A stretch of 64,000 nucleotides of DNA from Basidiobolus meristosporus CBS 931.73 (Eukaryota > Fungi > Basidiobolomycota): positions 62,001-126,000 of the forward strand of contig MCFE01000133.1 in assembly GCA_002104905.1 (NCBI GenBank). The letters are read 5' to 3'. The translations under genes were made by a program, and so were the position numbers. Of the stretch, positions 1 through 11,900 are shown piece after piece. The notes under the pieces are model-generated. The model saw only the letters and a program-made list of their open reading frames with translations. It did no database searches and was not told the DNA's origin. How positions within the stretch are numbered: the first letter of the stretch is position 1; each line of letters begins with the position of its first letter.

Positions 1-950
1 TGATGAATTCTCATCATACTAGTACTCTACTAGCAAGTTCTGCTGGCAACTTACTCTCATCATACTGAATGTACTGCCAATATTACAGTTTCAGAGCAGG
101 AAAATGAAGGTATTTGCAATGGTATCTGGCAGAAGGCTAGTTAATGGCTCTGATGCCAGGCTCATATTATTATCTGCACTGCAAATACCCCAGCTATCCA
201 CAAGTTAGCTGGCTTTTCTAGGCACCATGGATGGTATTGCTGTCATATGTGTGAGCTTCAGGGGACTTACTCCATAACTTGCAAACATTATAATTATCCT
301 AACATCAATGCTAAAAGCAACATCATCCTACACAGAGAGCATAATGAAGTTGACATGCAGATACAGTAAAGTCTCAAGGCTATCAGCCATTGACTAGAAT
401 ATGCAATCAAGTAAGGACTGGAGATACTCATGATAGAGGGATCTGCTGGAGGAAAAGATTTGCACTAAATGCAATGCATTTTCTCCTAAGGAATATCCCT
501 TTAATAAAGAAAAAGTTATTCATGTAGCATTTTAAGCTAAATGCACCCTTTAAGATGCCAGGGGAACTTGAAAGAACTGGAAACATATTGGAGAGCATCT
601 GTTACCCAAAGTACTTCACAGAAGTTTCATTCAATATTCAGATGCATACATAATAGCACAAGTGCCACAGCTGGATGAGCTTGATCTATATTTACTCAAG
701 TAGCTTTCTGAAGCCACTTCTGCAAGGACTGCAATGGAGGCATTAGGAGTCATATGCTAATACTGTAGAAATAGCTAATTGTATGTGAATCTATGGTTTT
801 GTTGCATTGCACATTTAGATTTTGCCAGGCTCATGCAGTGTACTGTTGTGAGGGGAGATATGCTCCTAATCCATCAGTGAGCCATCTTCTTTAGAGCTTT
901 CACTCTGTGGGTCATATTCAGAAGGCTGAGCCTAACCTAAAGGCATAACA
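1..950 (+). mobile_element. Decayed CACTA/EnSpm-type (Transposase_21/Tnp2-like) transposase relic, copy 1
   Basis: From 163 the + frame reads HIIICTANTPAIHKLAGFSRHHGWYCCHMCELQGTYS, homologous to HIIICIGDTPALSKIAGISRCNGWYCCQMCEIQGIYS at 51558-52049 (D-x-P-A...K...C-x2-C motif of CACTA transposases). Many stops; the 3' boundary is approximate. Confidence 0.7.
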
Positions 951-2289
951 AACTCACCGGAATCAGTTTGTGCAAGGTGAGAAGTACAGCCAGGATTGAT
1001 TAAGAAGCTATCAAGTTGATTGCAAGATATAGCTAGTACAGTAGCAACTGATAATTGCTCAAATATGACTTGTGTGGCAAAGCACTGGCCATGATCCTTG
1101 CAATACCTTCCATACTGTCTGTGTGCTTCATAGCTAAGAGGCATGTTACATTAGCAACATAGTTATTTTCCCTTCTCTTATGGCATTGAACCAAAGAAGT
1201 CTTGCACACAGGCAAAAAGCTTGGCACTTAGCAATGTGTTGCTAATATATCATTATCTTGTCAATACTCAGGTGATTATAAGCCAGTCACGTGTTTGAGG
1301 GATTGTACCTATGTGAATGTAAGAATCATTGAAGACCCACCAAAGTAAGCATCATAAACTAAGCTGTAGCACCACATATACACATATATGCAATACTATT
1401 TCCTACTTGGTTTGACTCACTTCCACATACATGTAGCCAAAAATAAAGCAAGGTTGTCTGGTCTCTAGCCAAACCGCATTGTAAACAATAGCAGAAAATA
1501 TTTGTCCAACAGCTTCCACTGACAACAAGTGGGGCTACATCCAAAAATAACATGTTGTAGATGCACCCACTGAAGGTATAACATGGACACCTCAGGCTCT
1601 CCATCAAGTAGGCAATTAAGAATCTTTGTAAAGCCATAAGACAACCATATTGTGCTGGCAGATGAGAATGTAGCAAATGCAGTATCTCTGGTGGAAGACT
1701 CACAAATGACTGTCATAACATCACCACTACCAGTATTAACAAGTGTGTTGGCAGCTCATACCAAAGCATTGATGAGGCAATTAGTCACAATGGCTCATAA
1801 ATTAGATGCAATGGATCAGTGAAAACAAGAAGCAGTCCAGAGACAGGATGAGTGATAAGATGTGTGGAGCAATCAATATATCAGGTAGAGAATGCAGTAC
1901 CAAGGCAGCAAAGAAGGACCTTAAGTAGCTCAATGTCATAGCCAAGAATTAAGCAATTTATTAATGTAACAGCAGAGAGAGGCACCATAGTCTCTGAAGC
2001 ACAATAACAGTGCCCAAAGATAAAGCTCACAGAAGAACCTATCACAACATTGGAGGGAGAGACTGCAGTACATATTCCCAAGATTACAATCAAAAGACAA
2101 TGAATATCTGTGATGCTGGTGAGTGCAATGTTAGAGCATGGGCTAGTATTTCACGGCTGTTAGAAGTCTAGCATGACATCACCTCAATGCTTGAATACCA
2201 TGGGAACATCAGGAGCTCAAGGCCAAACAAAATGCTCTTGGCCTGATCTATAAACATTATGCAGGACTCAAGTAAGTAAAGGACCTTGG

Positions 2290-3000
2290 GCTGGCTTTAG
2301 TATGCATAGTAAGTTTCTTAAGAGTAGCAGGAACATTTAAAAGCAGATGAAAAAGGGTAAAAATCAGCAACTTTCTGAAGAGCTTGTTATAGGCAAAACT
2401 AAAAGCTTCAAACAAGCTGGAAAGAAGTATTAGGTAGCAAGAAGAGTCCAGCAAGCAACAAGCAGGCAAAAACAGGTGCATCAGTGCAGCATTTGTGAAG
2501 AAAATATAGTTCAACATAAGAAGCACTCAGTCAAAGTAGCAGTGAAGGACCTGGAGTAAGATTCATTGCTTTATAACAAGCTTATCATATGCTGGGGAGG
2601 AAGCACAAAGCAAGTGGCAACAAGATATTAGATTGCTGGGAGAGTGCAGGTCAAATATGATGGAAATAAACTGATTTTTATGCATGCAAAGTAAGTAGTT
2701 GATTGAATCAGGAGGAAAGGAGTGTGAAAAAGAGGAAATAGCCAATCAATGTACACAAACTTAGGAGGTGATATCATGTCAAGTATCAGAAGGTTAGAGA
2801 ATATTCAGAGAACCAATGAAAAGTCAATATGAATTGTTGCAATGAAAAATTTTGACCAAGTAGTTTGCAAAATCTTAAGTGCAGTCATTTTTCAACAGTC
2901 TTTGCACAATGTCTTGATGAGATTAATACCTCCTAGTCATGGGATTTTCATATTGTGACAGTCTTTGGACAGGATTATCACAATTATTTCTTATTTGGTA
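2290..3000. repeat. Dispersed non-coding repeat family X (paralogs at about 57130-57450 and 58130-58500)
   Basis: Shared blocks such as aatagccaatcaatgtacacaaa...ggaggtgat, attttgaccaagt and atcacaattattt also occur at about 58245-58500. Boundaries approximate; class unknown. Confidence 0.6.
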
Positions 3001-3329
3001 ATGTTATACTGGTGCATCTATTTCTGCCAGCTTATCCCTTACCTGCATGCTTCTAGCTAACTGATATCTCCTTGCAACTTGTGTAAAGCTTTTGGCCCTG
3101 ATGTAAAAAGCTCAGGAGGCAGTTGCTGATTTTCAGCCATTTTGCCCTTGTTTTTTTGCCATTGGTAGCTTCTGCTATTCTTCTGATACTCTCTTGGTAT
3201 ACCCATGCAAGCCCAAATCTTTTTGCTTGTTTGAAACCAGGATATTGCTCATGGAGCATCTCAAGTACATTCTGGTTGGCCCAGAGCTCTGTGGTAATGA
3301 AAAGTATTCCATTACTACAATATCTCTAA

Positions 3330-4290
3330 ACCAATATTGCACTCATTTCTTTATTTTGCTTTTTGCTATCGTAATACACAAGAGAAAGATCAAGAAATTC
3401 CAACTTTGAAGAGCAAATGCTCCAGACCCTGACAAGCAATCCACCCAAAAATATTATGTCAAACAGAACACGTAGTAGCCAACACATGTTTCAAATTACA
3501 GCTCATTTGAAGCAGTACTTAAGGAGTTATGACCAAAAGAGTCCAACTATTATATATACTATGCCTTATTGCTAGGATTACTATGGTGACTTTGATCGCG
3601 TGTAACTTTTGAACCAGCCAATCAAATCACGTGAAATTTTCACAGGTGCTGCGCCTATGTCCGATCTGCGCCACTGCAAAATTTTAGCTTTGTATCACGT
3701 GTATTGCTTGCGCAATCGCCCAAAAACTTTGATCCTTCAAGATTTTCATATATATGACTTCCCCAGCTGAAAAATAAAAGAGAGCCTCTCTTTCCAGAAT
3801 CTCCACACTACAATTACAAGTTTAAAGGTTATAAGACTTCCCCTGCATCACTTGCACTGTTGAGTATTCTGACTTTGATCAGTACTACATCAGTAAAGAG
3901 ACTGCAAAGCTCACAAGAATCCAATCTAAGTTCTACAAGAAACTACCACTTTTCTGTCAGAAAAGTCCCCTCTAAGAAACCCCTTTACTCTAAAGACACC
4001 CCTTTAGACACCCCTTTAGTCTGAAGACCCCTTTAGAGACCCCTTTAAGAAACCCCTTTACTCTAAAGAAGCCCCTTTAGGCACCCCTTTAGTGTAAAGT
4101 CCACTTTAGAGACCACTACAGGAAGCCCCTTTACTCTAAAGACACCCCTTTAGACACCCCTTTAGGTCTAAAGACCCCTTTAGAGACTTCTACAACACAC
4201 CCCTTTAGGTTAAAGGGGAGTTCAGAATTTCCATATTAGGAAATATTTTCTCAGAAAGGAAAGTGACTTCCAAATAAGGAAAAGTTACTA
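3330..4290. repeat. Dispersed repeat family Y, copy 1 (paralog at 20800-21555)
   Basis: Colinear homology from ccaatattgcactcatttctttattttgc to ccaaataaggaaaag(t/c)tacta. No coding signature. Confidence 0.8.
3965..4220. repeat. Minisatellite-like array of CCCCTTTA(G) motifs
   Basis: About 13 direct copies at 12-19 bp spacing, arranged in roughly 3 higher-order units of about 72 bp, closed by one inverted copy (TAAAGGGG, about 4211). Confidence 0.9.
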
Positions 4291-5354
4291 TAAAAGTAAA
4301 TAAGCCCATTAGTCAACAGAAGGTCAGAACACTGCTGTAGAAGTGATAAACACTGCCTACAGTATATTTTGAGCCCAAGATTGAGGAAATTAGTGAAAGT
4401 TATATCTTCTATCGGTATATCAAACTCCCAATAAACTATTTCAGTATTAGCATACTGGAAGTTGTTGTATATTGTTGGTTAGCCTCTACATTGTAGAACA
4501 AGCCCCAAACTAATCATAATACAACACAACAGCTCCCAACTGTTGCAGAGTATTCCAGCATATATGTGGTAGCATGCCAGACTACTCATGGCCTCTTTGC
4601 TATTAGCCTACTCTGCAATGTGGCATTTAACTGTATCACAAGTCTTTTGTATCTTGTAACTTGGAAGCTTTGATATGAAGATTGCAGTATCCCCCTCCCA
4701 TGCTGTGATAGGTTTTTCTATGACCCTTATTTGCTGGCAATTTTTGAGTTAAATGTTTGCTGCACTCTGATCTGCCTGAGAATTATGGAAAGCTTGTGGC
4801 TCCACAGAGATTTTCAATTACCCACTTGACTGAAAGCCTTAGGAGTCTGTATTAGTACCTTCAGAAGGCATACTGTCACAGTGGTCTTTTTTATATATGG
4901 CCCTACTTGTCACACTCAGTGACAAAGAAAGCTGTTGACCAAGATATACTTTGAATTAAGTCAGACTAAAGGGCAAGTAGTTACATATAAGTGTTTATGG
5001 CGCCACAGCTGTAGCAATAATGTTTACTATGGCAGGTCATCAATACATCTTGCATTAAAGTAGGCGCAATATCTCATATAGAAGACTGTCCTAATATTAT
5101 ATGAGTATTGACAAGAAAGTGATATACAGCATTGATTTGCTGAGTGTTAGGCTGTTGGCCCCACAGACAAGCCTACCTTGATTCAACACTGTAAGAGAAG
5201 GGAATGCAACCTTACAGCTATTACAACAGGCCTCCCAGCAATCAGGCATATAGATATTGTAGGAAGTATTACAGCAATGTGACCAGTGTTTTGCAATACA
5301 AGGCATATTTGAGCATTGATTAGTCACTACTGTCCCAAGAGCATCTGACCAGCA

Positions 5355-5448
5355 ACCTGATACTTTTATATCTGCACCTACTTGACACCTGATACTTCTA
5401 TATCTGCACCTACTTGACACCTGATACTTCTATATCTGCACCTACTTG
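5355..5448. repeat. 32-bp tandem repeat, 3 copies
   Basis: ACCTGATACTT(T/C)TATATCTGCACCTACTTGAC at 5355, 5387 and 5419 (the last lacks 2 bp); no spacers. Confidence 0.95.
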
Positions 5449-5452
5449 CACT

Positions 5453-6097
5453 TGTCACCTTGTACTAACTGAGTAAGGTGAGTCTGTGACACCTTTTGTG
5501 TTCATCTGAAACCAGCCTGCATGGTGTTATCTCTGAAGAAGAAGGCTCACTGATGGATTGTGAGTCTCTCTCACCTCACCACTATTATGAATAGACACAA
5601 GGCACAAGTGTTGAGCCAAGCAAGGCAGGACCAGGAAATGGCCTAGGTTTGGGTTCTACAAGGCAAGGCAGATTCCTAAGCAAGGCTGCTTGCTCAAAAC
5701 TTGTGCTCATCAGATCAAGGAATACACAAGGGGGATAGGACTATATGTACTTTTTGGCTATATGGATGTCAAGAGATATTGGCTAAAACTGACATGGTTC
5801 TGTGGTGGGGCACAGTAAGTGTACTGAGATAGATATATACTAAAGAACAGACTAGAATATCATATGGGGATATGCCAGGTGTCAGCAGATCATGTGACTA
5901 GACATTTGCCATATATGGTACTGTACTACATAGATTTCACTGGGATGCTTCCATACAATGTTTCATTGTTCAACATTGCCTGGTAACTTTCAAAGGTTGC
6001 TGAATTGCAGTAGAGATTTCTCAAAAGAACTGGGATTTCTTCACCAACTTGACTTGGCCAGATCATGAAAGGTTAAGAATTTCATGTGAGCATGGCA
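5453..6097 (-). repeat. 3' LTR of chromovirus K
   Basis: TG...CA termini, adjacent PPT (ttattctcctcttct on the + strand), homology to 20390-20700. Confidence 0.6.
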
Positions 6098-7192
6098 TTA
6101 TTCTCCTCTTCTGAGAGGCTTTTCTCAAGCTTTTGCCACTGGCTTGTTGGGTATGTCTGGTGAAATAGTGCAACTAGATCTTGGCAGTTTGTTAGATTTG
6201 TTGCTAGTTCCCAAAATTGAATGCTTGGGTTATATCTGATGCAGTCTATCAAGTAGTAAGGTTGGGTTCTGATGTACTTTCAATTTAGTCCTTGCTGAAC
6301 TTCAAACTGTTGGTATATGTCTACTTGGGTGGCTGGGGGACTTACCAGGTGCTGGTTGGGTAGAGTACTTTCATGGAATGGTTCTAGGAGGGATACATGC
6401 AACATGTCAAGGATATTCATACTTGGTGGTAACTGTAGTTGGTATATAATTGGGCTTAGTTTCTTTCTTGATCCTGAATAGACCTAGTTTCTTGTTGTCT
6501 AATTTGTTGCAAGGGCAGCTGATAGCAATGTTTCTTCCCAGAGCCATACTATATCTCCTTGTTTAAGCTTGGGACTAGGCTGCTGTTTGTTGTCTGCAAA
6601 TGTCTTGCACCCTTTCTGGGCTAAGAATAGTACTTTCTAGAGTATTTCTTGGATTTCAAGAATTGTTGACACATGTTCAGCTGCTGGGAGCTCATAGGGT
6701 ATGCTGTAAGCTGAATATCTAATTGCAGATGAAAACCATAGATTGCATATAATGGGGTGAGACCAGATGCACCATGACATGATTTGTTAAAGGCAAATTC
6801 TGCAAGTAGTGGCAGCTAGATCTAGTTGTCTTGCTGATAGTTGATATAACAACAAAGATATTGCTTAAGGATCTGGCTAATTCTTTCAGATGACCGACTG
6901 ACTGAGGATGGAAAGCAGTTGAGAGCTTGAATTGTGTGCTAAGATATTGCATGAAGTGTTTCCAGAATATTGATATGGGTGGGGGCTCACTATCAGATAA
7001 AATGTCACTGAGGAGATCAAGGAGCCAGAAAATGCTCTTGATTGCTAAGTGGGCAGTCTCCTTGGCATCTTTACTCTTGGAGCAGGGAAAAAAGAAAGCC
7101 ATTGTTGTCAGTCTATCTGCCACCACTAGGACTGATTTGAAGAAGGATTGGAGAGGTCCATATGGCTAGTGTTTGGCAGATTTTGCATAATA

Positions 7193-7924
7193 GACTTGTT
7201 CCGTTGGATAGTGCCACATTGAGCCATGAGTGCCAAATGATGCCATAGTGTGCCAGGGAGGCCATGTGAGCCTAAACTTGGCCACAGAGTGTGAAACATA
7301 GCTCTTCATCTTCATGCAAAGCAGCCCCTGTGTTTCACACATTGTGTTGGAGAAAATCCATTTTTTGACCTTTTTTTTTGGATCAATGTTGTGCAGGATG
7401 TGTAAGAGCACAGGAGTGCTGAAGACATGTACCAGGTACTCAATACCCATGGCATTCTGAAACTAGCCCCTGCTGCTTGTATCTTGTCACAAAAATGAAT
7501 GGCACTATCTTGGTCCACTGGTACTATCTGGCACTATAAGTGCCTTGTATAGGTCTTACTTTAGGGCAAATATTTAAATATAGTGCCAGATAGTACCAGT
7601 GGACCAAGATAGTGCCATTCATTTTTGTGACGTGATATATGCTACAGGAGCTAGTTTCAGAGTGCCATGGGTATTGAGTACTAGGTGCATGTCTTCAATT
7701 ATTCTGTGCTCTTGCACATCATGCACAACATAAATCCAAAAAAAAAGGTCAAAAAATGGATTTTCTCCAACACAATGGGTGAAACACAGGAGCTGCTTTG
7801 TGTGAAGATGCAGAGTTATGTTTCACTCTCTGGGGCAAAGTTTAGGTCTACTATGCCTCTCTGGCATGCAATGGCACTATTTGGCACTCATGGCTCAATG
7901 TGGCACTATCCAACGGAACAAGTC
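7193..7924. mobile_element. 732-bp fold-back MITE with 346-bp inverted arms and TA target duplication
   Basis: Arms 7193-7538 and 7579-7924 are reverse complements (GACTTGTTCCGTTGGATAGTGCC...), with a 40-bp spacer. TA at 7191-7192 and 7925-7926. Removing the element plus one TA restores the host integrase frame (TCHYYAKSAKH). Confidence 0.9.
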
Positions 7925-8986
7925 TAATGACATGTTTCACAGGATTGGAGGTACTCCTTGACAAGAGATATCATCTTGGGCCACCAGAAATCTCTCTTGA
8001 TTGCATTCATAGTTTTGGCAGTACAAAATGTCCTGCAGCCATTGAATTGTGGCAAGAATTGATGATCTCCAGCTGGTTATTAAGGCCTAAGACATATAGT
8101 TGGCACTTGTGGTATATAATGTCTTTGACCATATATAGGTACTGGAGGTTTGGGAACTTGGGTGGCAGGTCAATGGAAGACTTGAGACACTCCTGATTGT
8201 TGCAACTGTGCAATTGGTGGCTTGGCTTATCTTGACCTTTTGAAGGAGTTAGTGAGTAATAATTAAGGAGGATTGAGTTGCATGGAGTTCACAGTGTCTT
8301 TTGTTGAGTACATGGTTCTTCATTTGCAAACAGGCATCATCCCCTTCTTCAAAGGAAAACTCCACTTTTCTGGAGAGGGCATCAGTTTTCCTTGTTTTAG
8401 ACCTGGTCTATAGGTGATGGCCTAGTCAGAGCTGGACAGAAAGAGGATCCATATAACTTCTCTGTGGTTCAGTACTTTGAGGTGGTAAAGTACTTAAGGC
8501 TTTTATGGTCACAGAAGGTCATTGTCTGCTGGGCTTCACCATTGAGGCCATGTCTCCATTGTTCAAAGGCAACAATAATTGCTGGTAGTTCCTTGCCATG
8601 GATCTCATAGTTTACTTCTGCCAAAGTAAAGTTCAGAGAGTAGAAGGCAACAGGGTGTAGCACATTCTTGGCATCATACCAGGAAAGGATAGCACCATGA
8701 GTAAAGTCAAAGGAACTGATTGCTAAGGTAAAAGTTTACCAATGTTCAGGGTGGGCAAGCAGTAGGTTGGACAAGAAGGACTTCTTAATGGAATGGCCCA
8801 GACTATTGCTCATTACAGGCTAAGGGCAGATTCTCCTGGGTGAGCTTTGTCAATGGAGGTACTATCTTAGAGTAGTTGCTAAAGTTGATAGTGTTCTCCT
8901 GAATCTCTTTTCTTGTGGTACCAATATCATGATGGTTCAGTATTATTAACAAGTCTTTTAAGCTTGAGTCTGTCCCTATGCACTAA

Positions 8987-11900
8987 TGTTACAAGTCTTG
9001 GTATAAGAGTTGTAGAGGAATAGGGAGTTTTGCTAGTATTGTATTCACTAAAACTTGAACTGATTTTTATTGAGGTTCCAGCAGCTCCTTATATACATTT
9101 TGCCAGATCAATTGCTGACTAATTGTATTTCCTAATGTAGGTTGTGGCTGATGACTCATTTGATTGCATCATCATCACCCAATAAGATCCTACTTAATAT
9201 ATCTATTTCGGTCTGATAAGGATCTGCTGATTCATTTGCTGACTAATGCTACTGATTTCATAGATAATACTGATATACTGATAACCTAAACATATACTAA
9301 TTGATTTGACTAAAAACTGATCTAACTTAAACATTCAAGTAGCAGATCATAACATTCTCCCCTACTAATGTTGAGAGGGTTCTCCTGAATCTCTTTTCTT
9401 GTGACACCAATATCTTAATGGTTCAGTATTATCAGCAAGTCTTGCATGCTTGAGTCTGTCCCTATGCACTAAGTCTTCCCGGATATTACCTTGTTTGTCC
9501 ACCAGTTGTAAGTTGCAAATGGACATTCTCTGATGATCTTGAATGGTCCTGTCCATTGTGGCTCAAACTTCTTCCAAGTGTTGTTTCTTAGCAATACAAA
9601 GTTCCCAACTGTCACTGCTTCTGGTGCTATAGTCTTATCAAATATCTGCTTCATCTTTTCTGCACTTTGAGATACTTTGGTCTGTGCCTCTTGACGTCTT
9701 TGTTCCAGTTGCTGGTGTCTACTTGGCTGACTGAGTTCATCTTCTAAGGTGTCTGTAAGCTTTGGTTGTGTGAGATCTCCTGGAATTCTTGGTTCATATC
9801 CATAAACTAAGTAAAATGGTAATTGCTGGGTGGTGTTGTGTACTCTGACTCTGCATGCAAAGAGTGCTTGATCCATATACTCATCCCATCTACTGACAAC
9901 TCCATTTGCATACTTGGTCAGCATTTTTCCAAATAATCCATTAAACCGCTCAGTGACTCCATTAGTTCTGGGGTGATATGCCAAGGTTTTCAAGTGTCTG
10001 ATCTGCTGCATTTCCAGGTAAGCCTCTAATGTCTTTGCCATAAAGTTTGCACCTCTATCAGATAAGATCTCCACAGGGCATCCAAACTTCATCAGGATCT
10101 CATGGTAAATGAAACTTGCAACTTCTTGTTCACTGGCTATTGGTACAGCTTTAGCAACTGGCCATTTAGTGGCATGGTCAATAGCCACTAGGATCCAACG
10201 GTTGCTTTTCCTGGTAGTTGGCAGTCTTCCAATAAAGTCAATTCCCCATCTCTCAAATGGTTGTACAGGCTCCAAAGGGAAGAGTTTGGCAATTCTTTGT
10301 GGCTGGCCTTGATTGATTTGGCAGTTTGGGCATGTTTTCACTAGCTTCTCAATATCTTGTTTCATTCTGGGCCACCATGCTCTGGCTTTCACAAGGCTAT
10401 AGGTTCCTTCAATCCCAAGATGTCCATATCTATTGTGTAGCTTATGTATTAAATCCAGGCAAGCAACATAGGGACAATAGGAAATAGGGCTTCCATCAAC
10501 AATTTGGTAGAGTGTTTCATCCTGTACAACAAATTTGCTGGCTTCATCACGGATTATCTTCTTGATATCTTCATCCACCTCATTAGGAATGGCTTGGTCC
10601 TCCAAGTACTTTGGTAATAGGCTAGGCCAATCTGATTCATGCACCAAGTTGAGTTGTGCAACTTGATCTAATCTTGATAAGGCATCAGCAACCGTGTTGT
10701 TTTTTCCAGGGCAGCAGACAATCTCCAGGTCAAATTACTGAATGTATTCACTCCATCTTGTCATTCTTCTAGAGAGTACCTTTGGAGTAAATATATACTT
10801 GAGGGAGGCATGATCAGTCTTCACAGTGCATTTGACTCCTTCAATATAGCATCTCCATGTCTTCAAACAGTGTATTATAGCAAGCATCTCCTTCTCATGG
10901 ACTGGATAGTTTTGTTCTGCTGAGTTCAGTTTCTTGGATTCAAAGGCAACAGGATAGTCCTTTCCCTTGTGTTCTTGGCTCAGCACTCCACCAATTGCAT
11001 AATCTGAAGCATCTGTGCACAGAGTGAACTCTTTTCTGAAGTCTGGTATTCTTAGGCTTGGCAGCTTAGCAAGTTCATTCTTGAGCGTCTGGAAGGCAGT
11101 CTCACAAGCTATGTCCCACTTGTAGGTATTGTCTTTCTTGAGGATATCAGTTAAAGGGGCTGCAATACTTGCAAAAGACTTGACAAATCTCCGATAATAG
11201 GAAACCATTCTGAGGAGTGATCTGAGTTCTGATATGCTATGTGGCTGCTTCAAATTCTTGATTACTTCCACCTTCTTTGGGTCTAAGGTTACTCCTGTGC
11301 TAGTCACTATGTGTCCCAGGTATTCAACATGCTCCTTGAAGAATTCACACTTGGCTAGCTTGCCATATAGCTTGTTCTCTCTTAGTTTCTCCAAGACCTT
11401 TTCAATGTGCACTACGTGATCCTCTTCTGTCTTGCTGTATATCAATATGTCATCCAGGTAGATTATCACAAACTTGTCTAAGTACTCCTGAAAGACAGTC
11501 TGCATCAGCATCATGAATGTTGCAGGGGCATTAGTGAGGCCAAAACTCATGACTAAGTACTCGTAGTGTCCATATCTGGTCCTGAATGCTGTCTTGGGGA
11601 TGTCTTCTGGCTTCACCCTAATCTGGTTGTATCCTGACATGAGGTCAATCTTGCTGAAAATAGTGGCTCCATTAAGTTGGTCTAAAAGCTCATCAATCCA
11701 AGGTATGGGATACTTATTCTTGACGGTAACTGAGCTCAGGGCTCTGTAGTCAATGCACATCCTAAGTGTTCCATCCTTCTTTTTCACAAAAAGCACTGGT
11801 GCTCCCCAGGGTGACTTGCTGGGCCTGATGTATCCTTGCTCCAATAGCTGATCAATTTGTCTCTTCATTTCCTACAATTCTAATGGACTCATTCTGTAAG

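Noticed and set aside
950-2290. Several 64-114 aa ORFs
   Set aside because: No recognisable domains, CpG-depleted repeat-like composition; most likely chance ORFs in decayed transposon sequence.
3965-4220. CCCCTTTA array as an interstitial telomere
   Set aside because: The motif is not CCCTAA or CCCTAAA, spacing is irregular, and it lies inside a dispersed repeat.
4400-5350. Possible hAT transposase relic (minus strand VVWHATTYMLE, resembling TRWNSTYYML)
   Set aside because: A single weak motif in stop-ridden sequence; cannot be supported without a profile search.
5355-5448. 32-bp repeats as a CRISPR array
   Set aside because: Head-to-tail with no spacers, no cas genes, eukaryotic context.
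9147-9180. Hammerhead ribozyme (CTGATGA) in LTR-A or in the F interior (about 32573)
   Set aside because: No stem II followed by GAAA and no closing helices.
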